Positions 36,636 to 49,897 of a DNA stretch of 64,000 bases are shown here, in pieces (position 1 is the first letter of the stretch; each line of letters begins with the position of its first letter). Position numbers and translations under genes: made by a program. The notes beneath the pieces were generated by a model, which was not told the origin of the DNA, made no database searches, and was given only the letters and a program-made list of their open reading frames with translations. Source of the stretch: Chiloscyllium plagiosum (taxonomy: Eukaryota); contig NC_057718.1 of NCBI RefSeq assembly GCF_004010195.1, positions 93,740,179 to 93,804,178 of the forward strand, in the 5' to 3' direction.

Positions 36636-38699
36636 GATTCGAAGGTCAATTGTTTGCATTCTATTATTTGTTTTTATTTTCATTCATTACATTTTTGAAA
36701 TTAAGTCGGGAGTAATAGGTTTCTCCTTGAGATCACTGGATTCTAATTTTGCACATTATTCTTTCTGTTCTGAGCTTCTGGTTTTCAATACCCATCATCA
36801 ACAACAACTGATATTTATACAGTGTCTTTAACGAAAAAAAATCCTAAGGAGCTTACTAGGAGCAATAGAAAACAAAGTGTGATACTAAACCAGAGAAACA
36901 TGTTTTAAGAACGGTTTTAAAGGAGGGGATAGAGAGATGGAAATGTGTATGGAGGCAATTGGAAGCATCAGGTCCAGTCAACTGATGGTGAAATACTGAT
37001 AATTGGGAGTAGAATTAAGCCGACATTGAATCAGTCCTGACCTTACGAACGTCAGAACAGGTTGTTCAGCCAGCTCCTGATCCCATTTCTCATGTTCTTG
37101 TGACCTTGTATGAATTTGTTCCGTGTTCACTTGACTCTTCACTCATCTCCCTCACCACTGATCTTCCCTGCCCCAGCTGCCGATTCATTTCAGCTTCTCC
37201 TGTTTTTCTTTAGACTTTCAGCATTCACAACATTTCACTTTTGTGATCAGCTGTCTTATCGTCACCTTTTTGTCAGTGTGCGCCAAACTACTTTCTGTTG
37301 TAGTGAATTACTGCATTTATACAAAGCTCCAAAGTAAATAAACTGGAGGGACTTTTAAAGTAGGAGATATTTTTACACGTCAGAGAGATATCTGGTGATA
37401 GTTCATGGGTCATGCATCTTTTTTCAATACATATTATGATGCGAATTTTAAAATATAATTAGATTTCACCACTGCTATCGATAGCTACCTGAGCAAACTT
37501 CTATGCCAACCAAACCAAGTGATTATCCAATTCTATTCTCAATGGAATTAATGACTTCAACCTCTTTTGCTAGGAGCTTGCTCCCAGTTGATTGCTGAGG
37601 GAGGAAAAACCTTTCCAATCTGCGGTCTCACTGGAGGCTGGTTAATTTTGTACTTGTGTCCTTTGCTTATGCATTTACAACTCAAATTAAAGACTAATTA
37701 GATCTGTACAATTTGCACCTTTAATATCAAATCAAAAAGACTTATCTGGAAACACTGAGCCACAAATTGGGGTGTATTGAGGATTGTAATCCTGACTGTT
37801 ATATTGAAGCACTTCATTATAAAATCCCATAAGTCACGGTGTGGTATACATTTGGGCAATAAAAAGGTTTGACTTTGAATTTGTTAATGAGAGCATTAAA
37901 GAGATTAATGCACAATATTCCCTGCTTTACTAGCCCTGTTGAAGAAAATCTCTTTAAACCAATAATGCCAGAGAAAAAGAATACATTAGTCATCGCTAAG
38001 TGCTAATGTAATCTTTTTAAAAGCTCCAGTGTGTGTTTCGTATGTCAATTCGGATTTGCAGAAGATGCTGTCTGGGCAGATGCAAGTTGATTTAGATGTG
38101 GTTAGATCTTTTATGGGTGATGAAGAATATCACAGCTGTAAAGAAACAGCCAGAGAAGAAAGCAGCTGGCCTACAGCTCTGAGGCTCAAAGACCATCCAA
38201 AGAATGCTGTAAAAGCATTTCCTTTCAACTACACATTGAAAACAGTGAAGAGGGTGATTCACCATGGAGATGGTTAAAATAACAGCAGGGCAGACAACAC
38301 TTTTGAATTTTTATATTTCTTGAAAGATATGGATCTTTTCCAAAATGCTTTTTGGAGCAGGTTAATACCCTGTAGGAATGAAGCCAAACACCTGGGATTT
38401 TCTAAGGCTGGGTTTTGGAGGAGACATTAAACCTGTAGCACATTGAAGGGTTGCTCTGAGGCAAAATTTCTGTTTGAACCTCCAGATGAGCCTTTCAGCT
38501 AGTCAAGGTGTGGTTCTATTTATAAACAGCGGTCAGAAATTCCTTCACTTTAACAGGGGCTGCTTGCTTTATATTTGAGCCGGTGCTAGTTAGCGGAATG
38601 GTTGCCCACGTTATTTTGTAGCACAAGGAGGGGTCTTATTTTCTGAATCTAGTATCACAGAATGACACAGATTGGGTCTATGGTCCAGGGTGACCAACA

Positions 38700-39075
38700 G
38701 TTATGACCAGGTGTGGGGGTGGGGGGAAAACATGATTACCCAAATAGTGGATGTCAATATTGAGCTTCCTCATTTCCCCTCCCCCCACCTTATCTCAGTC
38801 CCAACCCTCGGACTCAGCACCACCTTCTTGATCTGCAATCTTCTTCCCAACCACTCCGCCCCACCCCTTCTCCGGCCTATCACCCTCACCTTAATCTCCA
38901 TCCACCTATCGCATTCCCAACACCCCTCCCCCAAGTCCCTCCTCCCTACCTTTTATCTTAGCCTGCTTGGCACACCTTCCTCATTCCTGAAGAAGGGCTT
39001 ATGCCCGAAATGTCGATTCTCCTGGGCCTTGGATGCTGCCTGACCTGCTGCGCTTTTCCAGCAACACATTTTTCA
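38700..39075 (+). mobile_element. PLE terminal-repeat region with hammerhead core
   Basis: C-rich segment shared with 31515-31666; CTGAAGA(38987)-A-GGGC-TTAT-GCCC-GAAATGTC. Confidence 0.82.
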
Positions 39076-39227
39076 AACCTCTTCTGCACCTTCTCCAAGT
39101 CTCCACATCCTTCCTGTAATATGGCGACCAGAATTGAACGCAATACTCTCAGTGTGGCTTAACCAAAATCTTATAATAATCTGTAAATGTAAGCACAAAC
39201 AGGATTTTGGCTTTGAAATATCCTGTA

Positions 39228-39835
39228 TGATGTGGAGGTGCCAGTGTTGGACTGGGATGGACAAAGTTAAAAAATCACACAACACCCAGGTTATCATCCA
39301 ACTAGTTTATTTGGAAGCACTAGCTTTCAGAGCGCTGCTCCTTCACCAGGTAACTAGTGAGGCAGGATAATGTGACACAGAATGGGTGGCATGGTGGCTC
39401 AGTGGTTAGCACTGCTACCTCATAGCACCAGGGTCCCAAGTTCAATCCCAGCCTCAGGTGACTGTCTGTGTGGAGTTTGCACATTCTCCCTGTGTCTGTG
39501 TGGATCTCCTCCCAGAGTCCAAAGATGCGCAGGTGAATTGGCCATAGTAAATTGCCCGTAGTGTTAGGTGCATTAGTCCGAGGGAAATAGGGCTGGGTGG
39601 ATTATTCTTCGGAGGGTTGGTGTGGGCTTGTTGGGCTGAAGGGCCTGTTTCTACACAGTAGGGAATCTAGTCTAATAGCAAAAGATTACAATGCATGAGG
39701 CTGTGAACTTTTGCCGTAAATTCTGTGCCTTATATCCCATCCCACTATTGACCTGATGAAGAAACAGCGCTCCGAAAGTTAGTACTTCCAAATAAACCTG
39801 TTGGACTATAACCTGTTGTTGTGTGATTTTTAACA
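39228..39835. mobile_element. Inverted family-2 PLE element split by an HE1-like SINE (about 39384-39672, plus strand)
   Basis: Minus arm ..GCACTAGCTTTCAGAGCGCTGCTCCTTCACCAGG; plus arm CCTGATGAAGAAACAGCGCTCCGAAAGTTAG; full SINE in between. Confidence 0.78.
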
Positions 39836-40789
39836 ATATTCTGTCTGGTTAGACCTTAGATGGAGAGGCTTTTAAACATAAAACCCACATACACAATGGA
39901 ATGGAACAACGTATTTGATGTCTTTTAAAACTCCAGTCAGTAATGCTGAGATGGCTGTGAACATCAGTGAATTTGATTTTGTGTACTCCAGAAAGGGAAG
40001 AGATCCAGGTGTGCCTGGACGACTCTGTAACAGGATTTACTTTTCTTCTGAATGGCATATCAGTATTCTAAAAAAGGCCCACAGCAACACTGTCTTCATG
40101 GATGGCTTCAACAAAAATAAATGCTATTACTGATGCCTGCAGAGCAGGCAGCCTGTCAGAATCCCTTATTATTTAAGCACATTTTAACTGTTGCAATAGG
40201 CAAGTTTTTTTTTAATGTCTGACCTCTCAATCAAACTGAGATTCCGTAAAGTTGCATTTCAGTTCAGATCCATCGCTGGTGATGTATTTTCTCTCTGCAT
40301 CCAAACAAAACAGAGATTAAGTTTTTTTTTAAAAAACGCAACCCCTTTAATTTGCCTCATGGTGGAAATGAGTTGTTAGCTAACTGGCGATGTCAAGCCA
40401 GTTGGAAAAATTGTATTTAAGGATACTGCTTACAACTGGCAGAGGCTTCCTTGTCTATCAGTACCTTATCAAAGTTTTATGTATTAGCCAGCTTCCTGCC
40501 TGAAACCTAAACTGATTTTCCTGCCAACCTTGGCTGAGGTAGAAACTGTCTGTGTTGTGACTGGGAGATATTGCTGGAAATCTTATATCACACCTGGTCT
40601 TCGTTGTTCATAGATCGACATCAAATATCAGTAACACTGGGTTATTCCGTCATCTTGAACACTCTAACAATTGTCCTATTACTTTACTCATGTCAAACAC
40701 ATTGAGGGACAACCACTCAAACTTTAACCTTTTCATTTGTCACGAAAGCTTCAGCCATGTTGTTTGCTTAACCACGGTTAAAATTGTAT

Positions 40790-41350
40790 TCTACATTGGT
40801 AAGGCCACATATTGCACACAGTTCTGGTTTCCCTGCTACAGGAAGGATATTATTAGACTGGAAGGGGTGTAAAAAGGATCTGCAAGGATGTTACCGAGAC
40901 TGGAGGGGTTGAGTTATAAGGAGAGGCTGGATAGGCTGGCACTTCTTTCCCTGGAGCGTAGGAGGCTGAGGGGTGACCTTGTAGGTATTTATAAAATCAT
41001 GAGGGGGCATGGATAGAGCAAATAGGCAAGGTTTATTTCCCCAGGGTAGGGGAGTCCAAAACTAGAGGGCATAGGTTTAACGTGAGAGGGGAAAGATTTA
41101 AAAGGGACCTGAAGGTCAATTTATTCACACAGACGGAGGTGCATGTATGAAATGAGCTGCAGGAGGAGGTGGTGGAGGCTGGTACAATTACAACATTTAA
41201 AAGACACTTGGACAGATACAGGGATAGGAAAGGTTTAGAAGGATATTGGTCAAATGATGGCAAATGGGACTAATTCAGTTCAGGAAACCTGGTCAGCGTG
41301 GACGAGTTGAGCCAAAGGGTCTATTGCTGTGCTGCATGACTCTCTGACTC
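40790..41350 (+). mobile_element. CR1 3' fragment
   Basis: QFWFPCYRKDIIRLEGV..; 3' UTR and tail. Confidence 0.9.
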
Positions 41351-42984
41351 TTAAGTGTAGTCATATGGCCTCACTGTTGCAGTCACACACTTGTCACATT
41401 ATAACATTTTTAGCAAACTTGCATTTTTAATAATGCCTTTCATGAGCACCTGACATCTCAACATGCTTTACAACTTATGACACACTTTGAAAGTGGAGTC
41501 ATTTCAAGAAGTGCGAAACTATTCCACACTCAGCAAAAGTAACAATGGTCAGGAAAAAACAATGTTGTGGCACTAACTGAGGGATAACTATAGCCTGGTT
41601 CTTTGAAGTCCTGCTACAGAATCCTTTTACATTCATCAAGACTAGATGATGGGGCCTCATCATCGCATATAACATAAGGGCTATCATGTAGGTGTGAACT
41701 CGATGGGCCGATTGGCCTGCTTCTACCCTGTAGGGATCCAATGATAAAACAGCACCTCTGATAGTGCATTGAAGCATCAGTCTTGATTTTTGTATACAAT
41801 CCCGTAGAGTGGGACATCAAAGCAGTGTTACCAACTGAGCCACTGGTGATACTCAGTGCAGTTAAAATGGAAATACAGGCTTCACCATATAAATTGCATA
41901 TTATTGTAAATTAATAGAAATCCCAGACACAAAATCATAACGATTCTACTCGCAAGCCATCACCATTATTCTGATTCACAGAATCTGTAGGAATATTCTT
42001 TCTCATCCTCTGTCTCTCTTTCTTGCTTTATTTTTCTTTGTTGTCTCATTCTCTTTCTGTATCTCTCTCTCGCCTTCTTTATGTATATTTAAGGTCGGTA
42101 GATGTATTGTTATTTGGGGAATCAAAGGGTTATATGGGTAAAATGCAAGAAAGTGGATGTGAGGAATGCCAGATTAACCATGATCCTGTTGAATGGAGGG
42201 GCTGGATTGAGGGGCCGAATGGCCTACTGCTGTTCTTATTTCTTACGGTCTCTCATACCCGAACACCACAACCTCCTCTTCCACTCCCTTTATCATGACA
42301 TCAAATACTGCAGTACCAAATGTTTAAGACATATTGAAGCCTTCAGGCATAGGCCTCAAAACTGTGGAACTCCATTTATCCTTCAGTCTTTCTTCATTTA
42401 ATACTAGTATCATGAGGTCACCACAACCTCTGAACTTATCTCTCTTATGCGACACTTCCAACCTTTAGGGTAGTCTGCACAATGGGGTTGGAATACAAAT
42501 TCAGCAAGTGCACAACGTGAGCAACGTAGAGATAAAATTGGACCGAGTTCACAAAATGCGATTGATTCCCTGACTCGCACTTTCAGCTGTAGCTAAAGTC
42601 AACACTCACCTTCTCCAGGTCTTGACATTTTTATTAATGAAATATTTCCCCCTTTGCTCGCTAGCTGATGGCCAACAGAAATATGTGCCTTGACAGATTT
42701 CTAAATGAGTCAAGAATGATTTGTGCAGTCAGGTAATGCTTATAACAGAACAGGAAAAGAACTGAGAACGATCTATGTGAACTAATGTTTACACGTATAA
42801 AATGGAGTTGAAAGATACTCTTTTGCAAACTGCCTTAATTTTGTCCAGGAAAATAATTGATGATAAATTTTTCAGTCCATAAAAAATAATACATTACAAA
42901 AGGCTGCCACAAAATATTGAATGAGGTTGCGATCAATCCACAAACAATAATACTGGAATTCTCCAGACAGATACGAAATAGGAA

Positions 42985-43410
42985 GCTGATCAAAATGTCT
43001 GCATTCTGTCTCCAGGAATAAGAGATACTGAAGTATACTGCAGGACTGGAATACACTACAGGATTGGGCTATGCTGCAAAATGAGATACACTGCAAAGTG
43101 ACAAATACTGGAGGAGTGAGTACACTACAGGACTGGGATACACTGTAGTACTTAGGTATACTCCAGGAATGAGACATACTGCAGGATTGATATGTAGTGT
43201 AGGGCTGGGGTAGATTGTACTAATGAAGTATGCTATACTGCTGAACTATATTGCAGTCCAGAGAAATGCTGTAGGACAGAGAGACACTGCAATACTGGAA
43301 TATGCTGCATAGTTGAGGTATAGTGCAGTATTGAGGTATAGTGCAGTATTGAGGCATAGTGCAGTGTTGAGGTACAACACAGCGTTGAGGTACACTGCAG
43401 TATTGAGGTA
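42985..43410. repeat. Degenerate minisatellite with a unit of about 20 bp (TAGTGCAGTATTGAGGTA-like)
   Basis: Clear copies at 43310-43410; degenerate ATACACTGCAGGACTGG units upstream. Confidence 0.75.
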
Positions 43411-43585
43411 AAGAGGAACCTCGACTATCCTGCGTTCAATTACCCGAATATCAAATTATCCTAACAAGATCGCAAGGTCCCAATGCTTGATTAAACTATG
43501 TTATCCGGCATTTGATTATCCGGAATTCAATTAACCAAACAAAATACTCCCCGCCCATGTCCTTCAGATAATCGTGGTTCCCTTG
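43411..43585. mobile_element. Tc1/mariner (Tigger/pogo-like) MITE
   Basis: TA at both flanks (43409-10, 43586-87); imperfect TIRs AAGAGGAACCTCGACTATC and GATAATCGTGGTTCCCTTG (14/19 match); internal ATTATCC repeats. Confidence 0.75.
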
Positions 43586-45014
43586 TACATGCAGTCCTGA
43601 GATAAACTGTGGTCCTGAAATATTCCTCAGTAATGAGATGGCTTTCAGGTGAGATGTCAAATCCTGGCTCCATTTACCTTCTTTAATGTGCGTGGAAGAT
43701 TTCTTGACGCAATTAGAGCATGGAAGGTCTCCCTCTTGTTTCTAATTAATATTAATCCCGCATTTATCACTCAAGAATCCCAATCCAGGTTACCTGGTCA
43801 TACCAGACTACGGCCTGTAAGAACTTGCTGCGTGTGAGGTGGCTGTTACATTTCCTAAACTCCATCAATGACTACTCTTCAAACACACTTACATTTCTAT
43901 ACAGCACTTTGGGATGTCCTGAAGTCCTGAAAGGTGCTATCCAAGTGAAGTCCTCTTTTCTTATATCTCATCATGTAATGCAAATGGCAAAGAGAGGACC
44001 ATGCTGTCAACATTATTTCAGGAAGGCCCTTCTCAACAAGCTTATGTGATCAGTAATCTACTTGTGGCACTCATTGACCATGCTAACTTCTTCCTTCCTT
44101 GTGAAAAAAGTGCCTGTTTTTCCTTGTCGCCATATCTGCTCTCGTTCCCTGCAGTGAGAACCGAGATGTGCAGAATGTCGGAGAACTGGAAGGATAAAGT
44201 TATCTGAGACAAGCCCCTACCCCCACACTTAATGCTCTAACTCCTTCTTACACCGTCTCCTCTTCCTTCAAAGACAGGTTTTTGATTTTCTGAGGCATCT
44301 CAGGGACGGTGTCAGAGACATAACTGGCACTCAGCGAACAGGCCAGAGGATGACAGGTTTTCGATAACTTGTTTATTGTCACCCGGCCTAACCCACACAA
44401 GGAAGCACAAAAGCAAGCAAAGGTCATTCAGCCACCAAGCCATTTGTTAGATATCCAATACAATTCTCAGTGTCATGAACTCTACCCCACTTATTGCCTC
44501 CCTCCACCACAACCCCCACCAACAATCACTTCCCATCCCCCAAAGACTCTCTTTTCTGCTCCGTAAGTCTGTGCCAGTGGAACTGCACCTCTGCAAAGCC
44601 ATCTTTATCCTGGTGCTGATTTAACTTGGATCAGGGGAGATTTCAGCTCCAGACAGCAGTTTCAAGAACTACACACCTCCAAGAGGCTACTGCTGGGATA
44701 GGAGATTGTGCTGTGCAAATGCCAGGATCTAAATCACGGGAAGTTGTTCCAATAGAATCTAAATTAATACAATTTCATATGAAAAAGACCCGAGGTTCTC
44801 GAGCCGAAAGGAGAAAAACAACGTGCAAAGAAATCAAACCTTTTGAGAAAAAAAGTCAATTCCATCAAAATTGTAGGTCTGGAGACATGTATAATTGATG
44901 TATGGCTGTTACAGGTTTCTGACGAATAATCAGTAATCTGAACGGTTAACTCTATTCCTCTCTCCACAGATACTGCCAGACACCTACTGAGTGTTTTCAA
45001 TACTTTGTTCTTTT

Positions 45015-45715
45015 AATCCCCTTGTGGGACAAGGTTGTCACTTGCTAACCAGCATTTAATGCCCACCTCTAGCTATCCCTGAACTCCAGGTTATAGTCCA
45101 ACAGATTTATTTGGAAGCACTACTTCTTCATCAGGTGACAACCACCTGATGGAGCAGCACTCCGAAAGCTAATGCTTCCAAATAAACCTATTGGACTATA
45201 ACCTGGTGTTGTGTGATTTTTAACTTTGTCCACATCAGTCCAACACTGGCTCCTCCAAATCATATCCCTGAACTGAGTGACTCACTAAAGTGATTTCAGA
45301 GGGCAGTTGAGAGTCAAGCTTATTACAATGGGTCTGGAGTCACATGTAGGCCAAACCAGGTAAGGATGGCAGATTTCCTTCCCTGAAGAACATTAATGAG
45401 CCTAATTGTTTTTTTTCCCCTGATAATTGCCAATGGTTTCATGACCATTCATCTCAGATTTCTTTTAAAAATTGAATGCAAATTCTGTCATGGGACTTCA
45501 AACCTGGGTCCCAGAACATTATTCCTGATGAAGGGTTTTTGCCCGAAACGTCGATTTTGCTGCTCGTCAGATGCTGCCTGAATTGCTGTGCTCTTCCAGC
45601 ACCACTGATCCAGAATCTGGTTTCCAGCATCTGCAGTCATTGTTTTTACCTCCCAGAACATTAGCTGAGTTTCTGGATTAATAGTCTTGTGATAATACCT
45701 CTAAACTACCACCTC
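45015..45715 (-). mobile_element. tRNA-derived SINE (probably SacSINE1/Deu-SINE-like) containing two PLE mini-insertions
   Basis: Reverse complement of the 52910 and 54283 SINEs; insertions at about 45084-45262 (family 2, inverted) and 45522-45650 (family 1). Confidence 0.75.
45522..45650 (+). mobile_element. Short family-1 PLE element with intact minimal hammerhead core and 13-bp TSD
   Basis: CTGATGA(45525-31)-A-GGGT-TTTT-GCCC-GAAA-CGTC; TSD TCCCAGAACATTA at 45509-45521 and 45651-45663. Confidence 0.87.
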
Positions 45716-46514
45716 CATTGTTTCGGTTTTATTTCAGATTTCTAATATCCACAGAATTCTCATTTTAAATAAATAACCATTTTTCCAAAAAACAATCTTT
45801 ATTTTCAATGAATAACCCATTTTCCTGAAAATAGCTCATTTCCCTTTGACTAATATTATTTAAATTAGTCACTTTCCAGTCATTTTAGGCATAGGAAAAA
45901 TTCAATTTTAAGAAATCCTTTGTTCTGGATCATTTTGTGATGACGTTATTGGAGGCTTGGCATGTTAAAGCTTTCAGCTAGTAACGCAGATTATAATGTG
46001 GACTGACACTGGACAAATTGCTTATAAAAGGTAAAGCCAGCTCAAGATAGTGGTGCAAACAGTTCACCTTCGAGAGTGCAGGAGGTAAAATGGAAGTAAC
46101 AAAGTCAAGTCCCTACAATCACAGCACCCTTCAAAAGTCGTCATGACCTCAAGAAAATATTGACAAATGCAAAGCACTGAACGTCAGCATCATGGCTGTC
46201 ATAGATAAACCCATCCAAAGGAGCGCTTTGGATACACTAACTAGAACCAATATTTCAAGGGAGGTTCCAAGGGCTTTTGCGAGATTGCTAAAAGGGAAGC
46301 TGCTGTCTCCATTTCTCTCTCAAAAAAAAGTTGCAACCATGTTCCATGGAAGCAGTTTCTGAGAAGATCTATCAGGAAGTGGAAATCATTGACATAACTT
46401 TAACATTCACTACTGCAACTGCATCCAAGAAGCCAGCTAACTAAGGCTAACATTTACCCTTTGTAAACATTTACACTTTGATGACAATTTAAACTGAATT
46501 TTCTACCTTTCTTT

Positions 46515-47985
46515 TTATTCTCTTGTCGAGGGTGGGTGGGTATCGCTGGTTATTTATTGCCCATTCTAGGTTGCCTTTGAGATGGTGGTGGTGAGCTGCC
46601 TTCTTGAACCGATGATGTCTGAGGATGTTTGTAGATAGTACACACTGCAGCTACTGAGTTTCAATGGTGGAGGGAGTGGATGGTTGTGGATGTGGTGCCA
46701 ATCAAGCGGGCTGCTTTGTCCCAACGGTGCAAAGCTTCCTGAGTGACTGGGTGTAAACTAGGGAAGTGATTGCTGGGCCTCTTACTGAGATATTCGTATC
46801 AGCGATTGCCAAGGGTGAGGTGCCAGAAGACTGGAGGTTGGCATAGATAGGGTGAATAGCCAAGGTCTTTTTCCGAAGATGGGGGAGTCCAAAACTAAAG
46901 AAAGATTTAAAAAGGAGCTGAGGAGTAACCTTTTCACAAAGAGGATGGTGCGTGTATGGAATGAGCTGCCAGAGGCAGTGGTGGAGGCTGGTACAATCAC
47001 AAATTTAAAAGGCATCTGGATGGGTATATGAACAGGATGGATTTAGAAGGATATGGGCCAAATGCTGGCAAATGGGACCAGGTCAGATTGAGATGCCTGG
47101 TCAGTGTGAATGAGTTGGACTGAAAGTCTGTTACCATGCTCTATGACTCTATGATTCTGTGAGTATTCTTGGAGTTGCACTCATTCAGCCAAGCGGGGAG
47201 GATTCCATCTCATTCACGATTTGTGCCTTGTCGATGGTGGACAGGCTTTCGGGAGTCAGGAGGTGAGTTACTTGCTGCAGTATCACTAGCCTCTGACTTG
47301 CTCTTGTAACCACTGTGGCAAGTCCAGTTATAGTAACCCCCAGGATGTTGATAGTGAGGGATTTGGTGATGGTCATGCCATTGAATGTCAAGGGATGGTG
47401 GATAGACTGTCTCTTATCGGAGATGGTCATTGTTTGACATTTGTGTTGTGCAAATGTTACTTCCCACTTTTCAGGCCAAATCTTGATGGTATTCAAGTTT
47501 TGTTGCATTTGGATATGGTCTGCTTCAGTATCTGAGGAGCAGCAAATGGTGTTGAACATTGCACAACGCATCGATGAACATTCCCATTTCTGACCTTATG
47601 ACAGAGGGAGGGTGATTGATGAAACAGCTGAAGATGGTCAGGGCTCAGATATTCTCCTGAGGAACTCATGCAGCGATGTCCTGGAGCTGAGATGACTGAT
47701 CTCCTCCTATTGGCCAGCTATGAATCATATCAGTGGAGACTTGCCCCCCAATAGCTGTGGATTCTGGTTTTGTTAGGATTCCTTGAGGCCTTACTCAGTC
47801 GAATGCGACCTCGATGTCAAGGGGTGTTATCTCACGTCACCTCTGGAATTCAGCTCTTTGGCCCATATTTGAATCAAGGCTGTAATGAGGCCAGAGTCTG
47901 AACCCAAGCTGGGCATCCCTGAGCAGATGCTGCTCAATAGCACTGTTGATGGCATCTTCCATCACTTAACTGATGATCGAGAGTT
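46515..47985 (-). mobile_element. CR1/L2-group LINE (second family), with a plus-strand CR1 nested at about 46755-47155
   Basis: ORF 47185..47571 QMQQNLNTIKIWPEKWEVTFAQHKCQ..INILGVTI..RASQRLVIL (RT thumb region). Confidence 0.82.
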
Positions 47986-48101
47986 AGTGTCTTCCTTTAA
48001 ACATTGTTAAAAATCACACAACACCAGGTTATGGTCCAACAGGTTTATTTGGAAATAAACGTGTTGGACTCTAACCTGGTGTTGTGTGATTTTTAACTTT
48101 G

Positions 48102-49224
48102 AGAAAGTGAGGACTGCAGATAAGAGTCAAGATTGTGGTGCTGGAAAAGCACAGCAGGTCAGGCAGAGTCTGAGGAGCAGGAGAATCAACGTTTTGGGCA
48201 TAAGCCCTTCATCGGTGCTGAGTTGGAAGGTTGGAACTGGGATAAGGTGGAGGGGTGGGGAAATGAAAAAACTGGTGAAAGCACTAGCTTTCGGAGCACT
48301 GCTCCTTCATCAGATGGTTGTCATCTGATGCCGTGGGGTTGGAGGGTTCCAAGGCAGAAGATGAGGCGATCTTCGGCATCGGTTGGTTAGAGAGTGGCGA
48401 TGGAGGGGACCCAGGAAATGCATGTCCTTGGCAGAGTGGGAAGGGGAGTTGAAGGGTTCGGCCACTGGGCAGTAGGGTTGGTTGATGCGGGTGTCCCAGA
48501 GATGTTCTCTGAACCGCTCTGCAATTAGACGTCCTGTCTCCCTGATGTAAAGGAGACTGCATTGGGACCAACGGATACAGTAAATGACATGTGTGGAAAT
48601 GCAGGTAAAACTCTGATGAATGTGGAAGTCTCCTTTGGGGCCTTGGATTGAGGTGAGGGTGGAGGTGTGGTGCAGATTCTGCGATTCCTGCAGTGGCAGG
48701 GGAAGATACCAGGAGGGGAGGGTGGTTTGGTGGGGAGTCGCAGAGGGAATGGTCTTTACAGAAAGCGGATAGGGGTTGGGAGGGAAATATATCTCTGGTA
48801 TTAGGGTCCGTTTGTAGGTGGTGGAAATGATGGAGTATGATATGATGTATATGGAGGTTGGTAGGGTGGAAGGTGAGGACTAGGGGGCTTCTGTCCTCGT
48901 TGCGGTTGGAGGGGTGGGGTTCAAGGGCAGAGGTGCAGGAAGTGGATGAGATGTGCTGGAGGGCATCATCGACCACGTGGGAGGGGAAATTGCAGTCTTT
49001 GAAGAAGGAGGCCATCTGGTCTGTTCTATGGTGGAACTGGTCCACCTGGGAGCAGATGCGGAGGAACTGGGAATAAGGGATAGCATTTTTACAGGAGGCA
49101 GGGTGGGAGGAGGTGTAGTCCAGGTAGCTGTGGGAGTCGATGTGTTTATAGAAGATGTTGGTGAAGTTGATGAACTGTTCAAACTCCTCGTGGGAGCATG
49201 AGGTGATGCTGATATAGTCATCGA
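48102..49224 (-). mobile_element. Penelope-like element 3' half: RT thumb/linker, GIY-YIG endonuclease and family-1 terminus
   Basis: MASFFKDCNFPSHVVDDAL..PLVLTFHPTNL..; frameshifted FTCISTHVIYCIR..LYIRETGR..ERFREH; terminus GAGAAAGTGAGGACTGCAG; TTTAACTTTG at 48092-48101 and 49225-49234 inside a family-2 repeat. Confidence 0.9.
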
Positions 49225-49265
49225 TTTAACTTTGTCCACCCTAGTCCAACACTGGCACCTTCAAT

Positions 49266-49316
49266 TGTGTGTGTGTGTATGTGTGTGTATGTGTGTGTGT
49301 GTGTATGTGTGTGTAT

Positions 49317-49393
<77 letters not shown>
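49266..49393. repeat. (GT)n microsatellite with GTAT interruptions
   Basis: Read directly from the sequence. Confidence 0.98.
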
Positions 49394-49395
<2 letters not shown>

Positions 49396-49603
49396 ATCAG
49401 CGAATGAGTTCTCGTGACTGCCCAAGAGATGAATGCTGGGTATCGCATCTTCATTATTTTTCTTGGGTTTGTAAGTAATAACTCCACTCTTTCTTTAACT
49501 GAAGAAAACTTTATAATTGGCTTTTACAGCTCACAATCAAAACAGTTAATTACATTTTAAACTGGGAGAGGTATAGTCTTGTACTTCAAAACATTTTTTT
49601 TGG

Positions 49604-49897
49604 ATTAGATTCACTGCAGTATGGAAACAGGCCATTCAGCCCAACAAGTCCACACCGACCCTCCAAAGAGTAACCCACCCAGACCCATTCCCCTATCCCA
49701 TATTTCCCCCTGACTAATGCACCTAACATTATAGGCAGTTTAGCATGGCCAATTCACCTCACCTGCACATTGTTGGATTATGGGAGGAAACCCACGCACA
49801 CACAGGGAGAATGTGCAAACTCCACACAGACAGTTACCTGAGGCAGGAATCAAACCCGAGTCCCTGGCAGTGTGAGGCAGCAGTGCTAACCACTGAA
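49604..49897 (-). mobile_element. HE1-like SINE
   Basis: Reverse-complement copy. Confidence 0.9.

Noticed and set aside
38029..38277. 82-aa ORF with protein-like composition
   Set aside because: No recognisable family and no clear splice boundaries
44105..44200. Acceptor-like pyrimidine tract plus CAG followed by a short frame (ENRDVQNVGELEG*)
   Set aside because: No partner exon, donor or homology to support it
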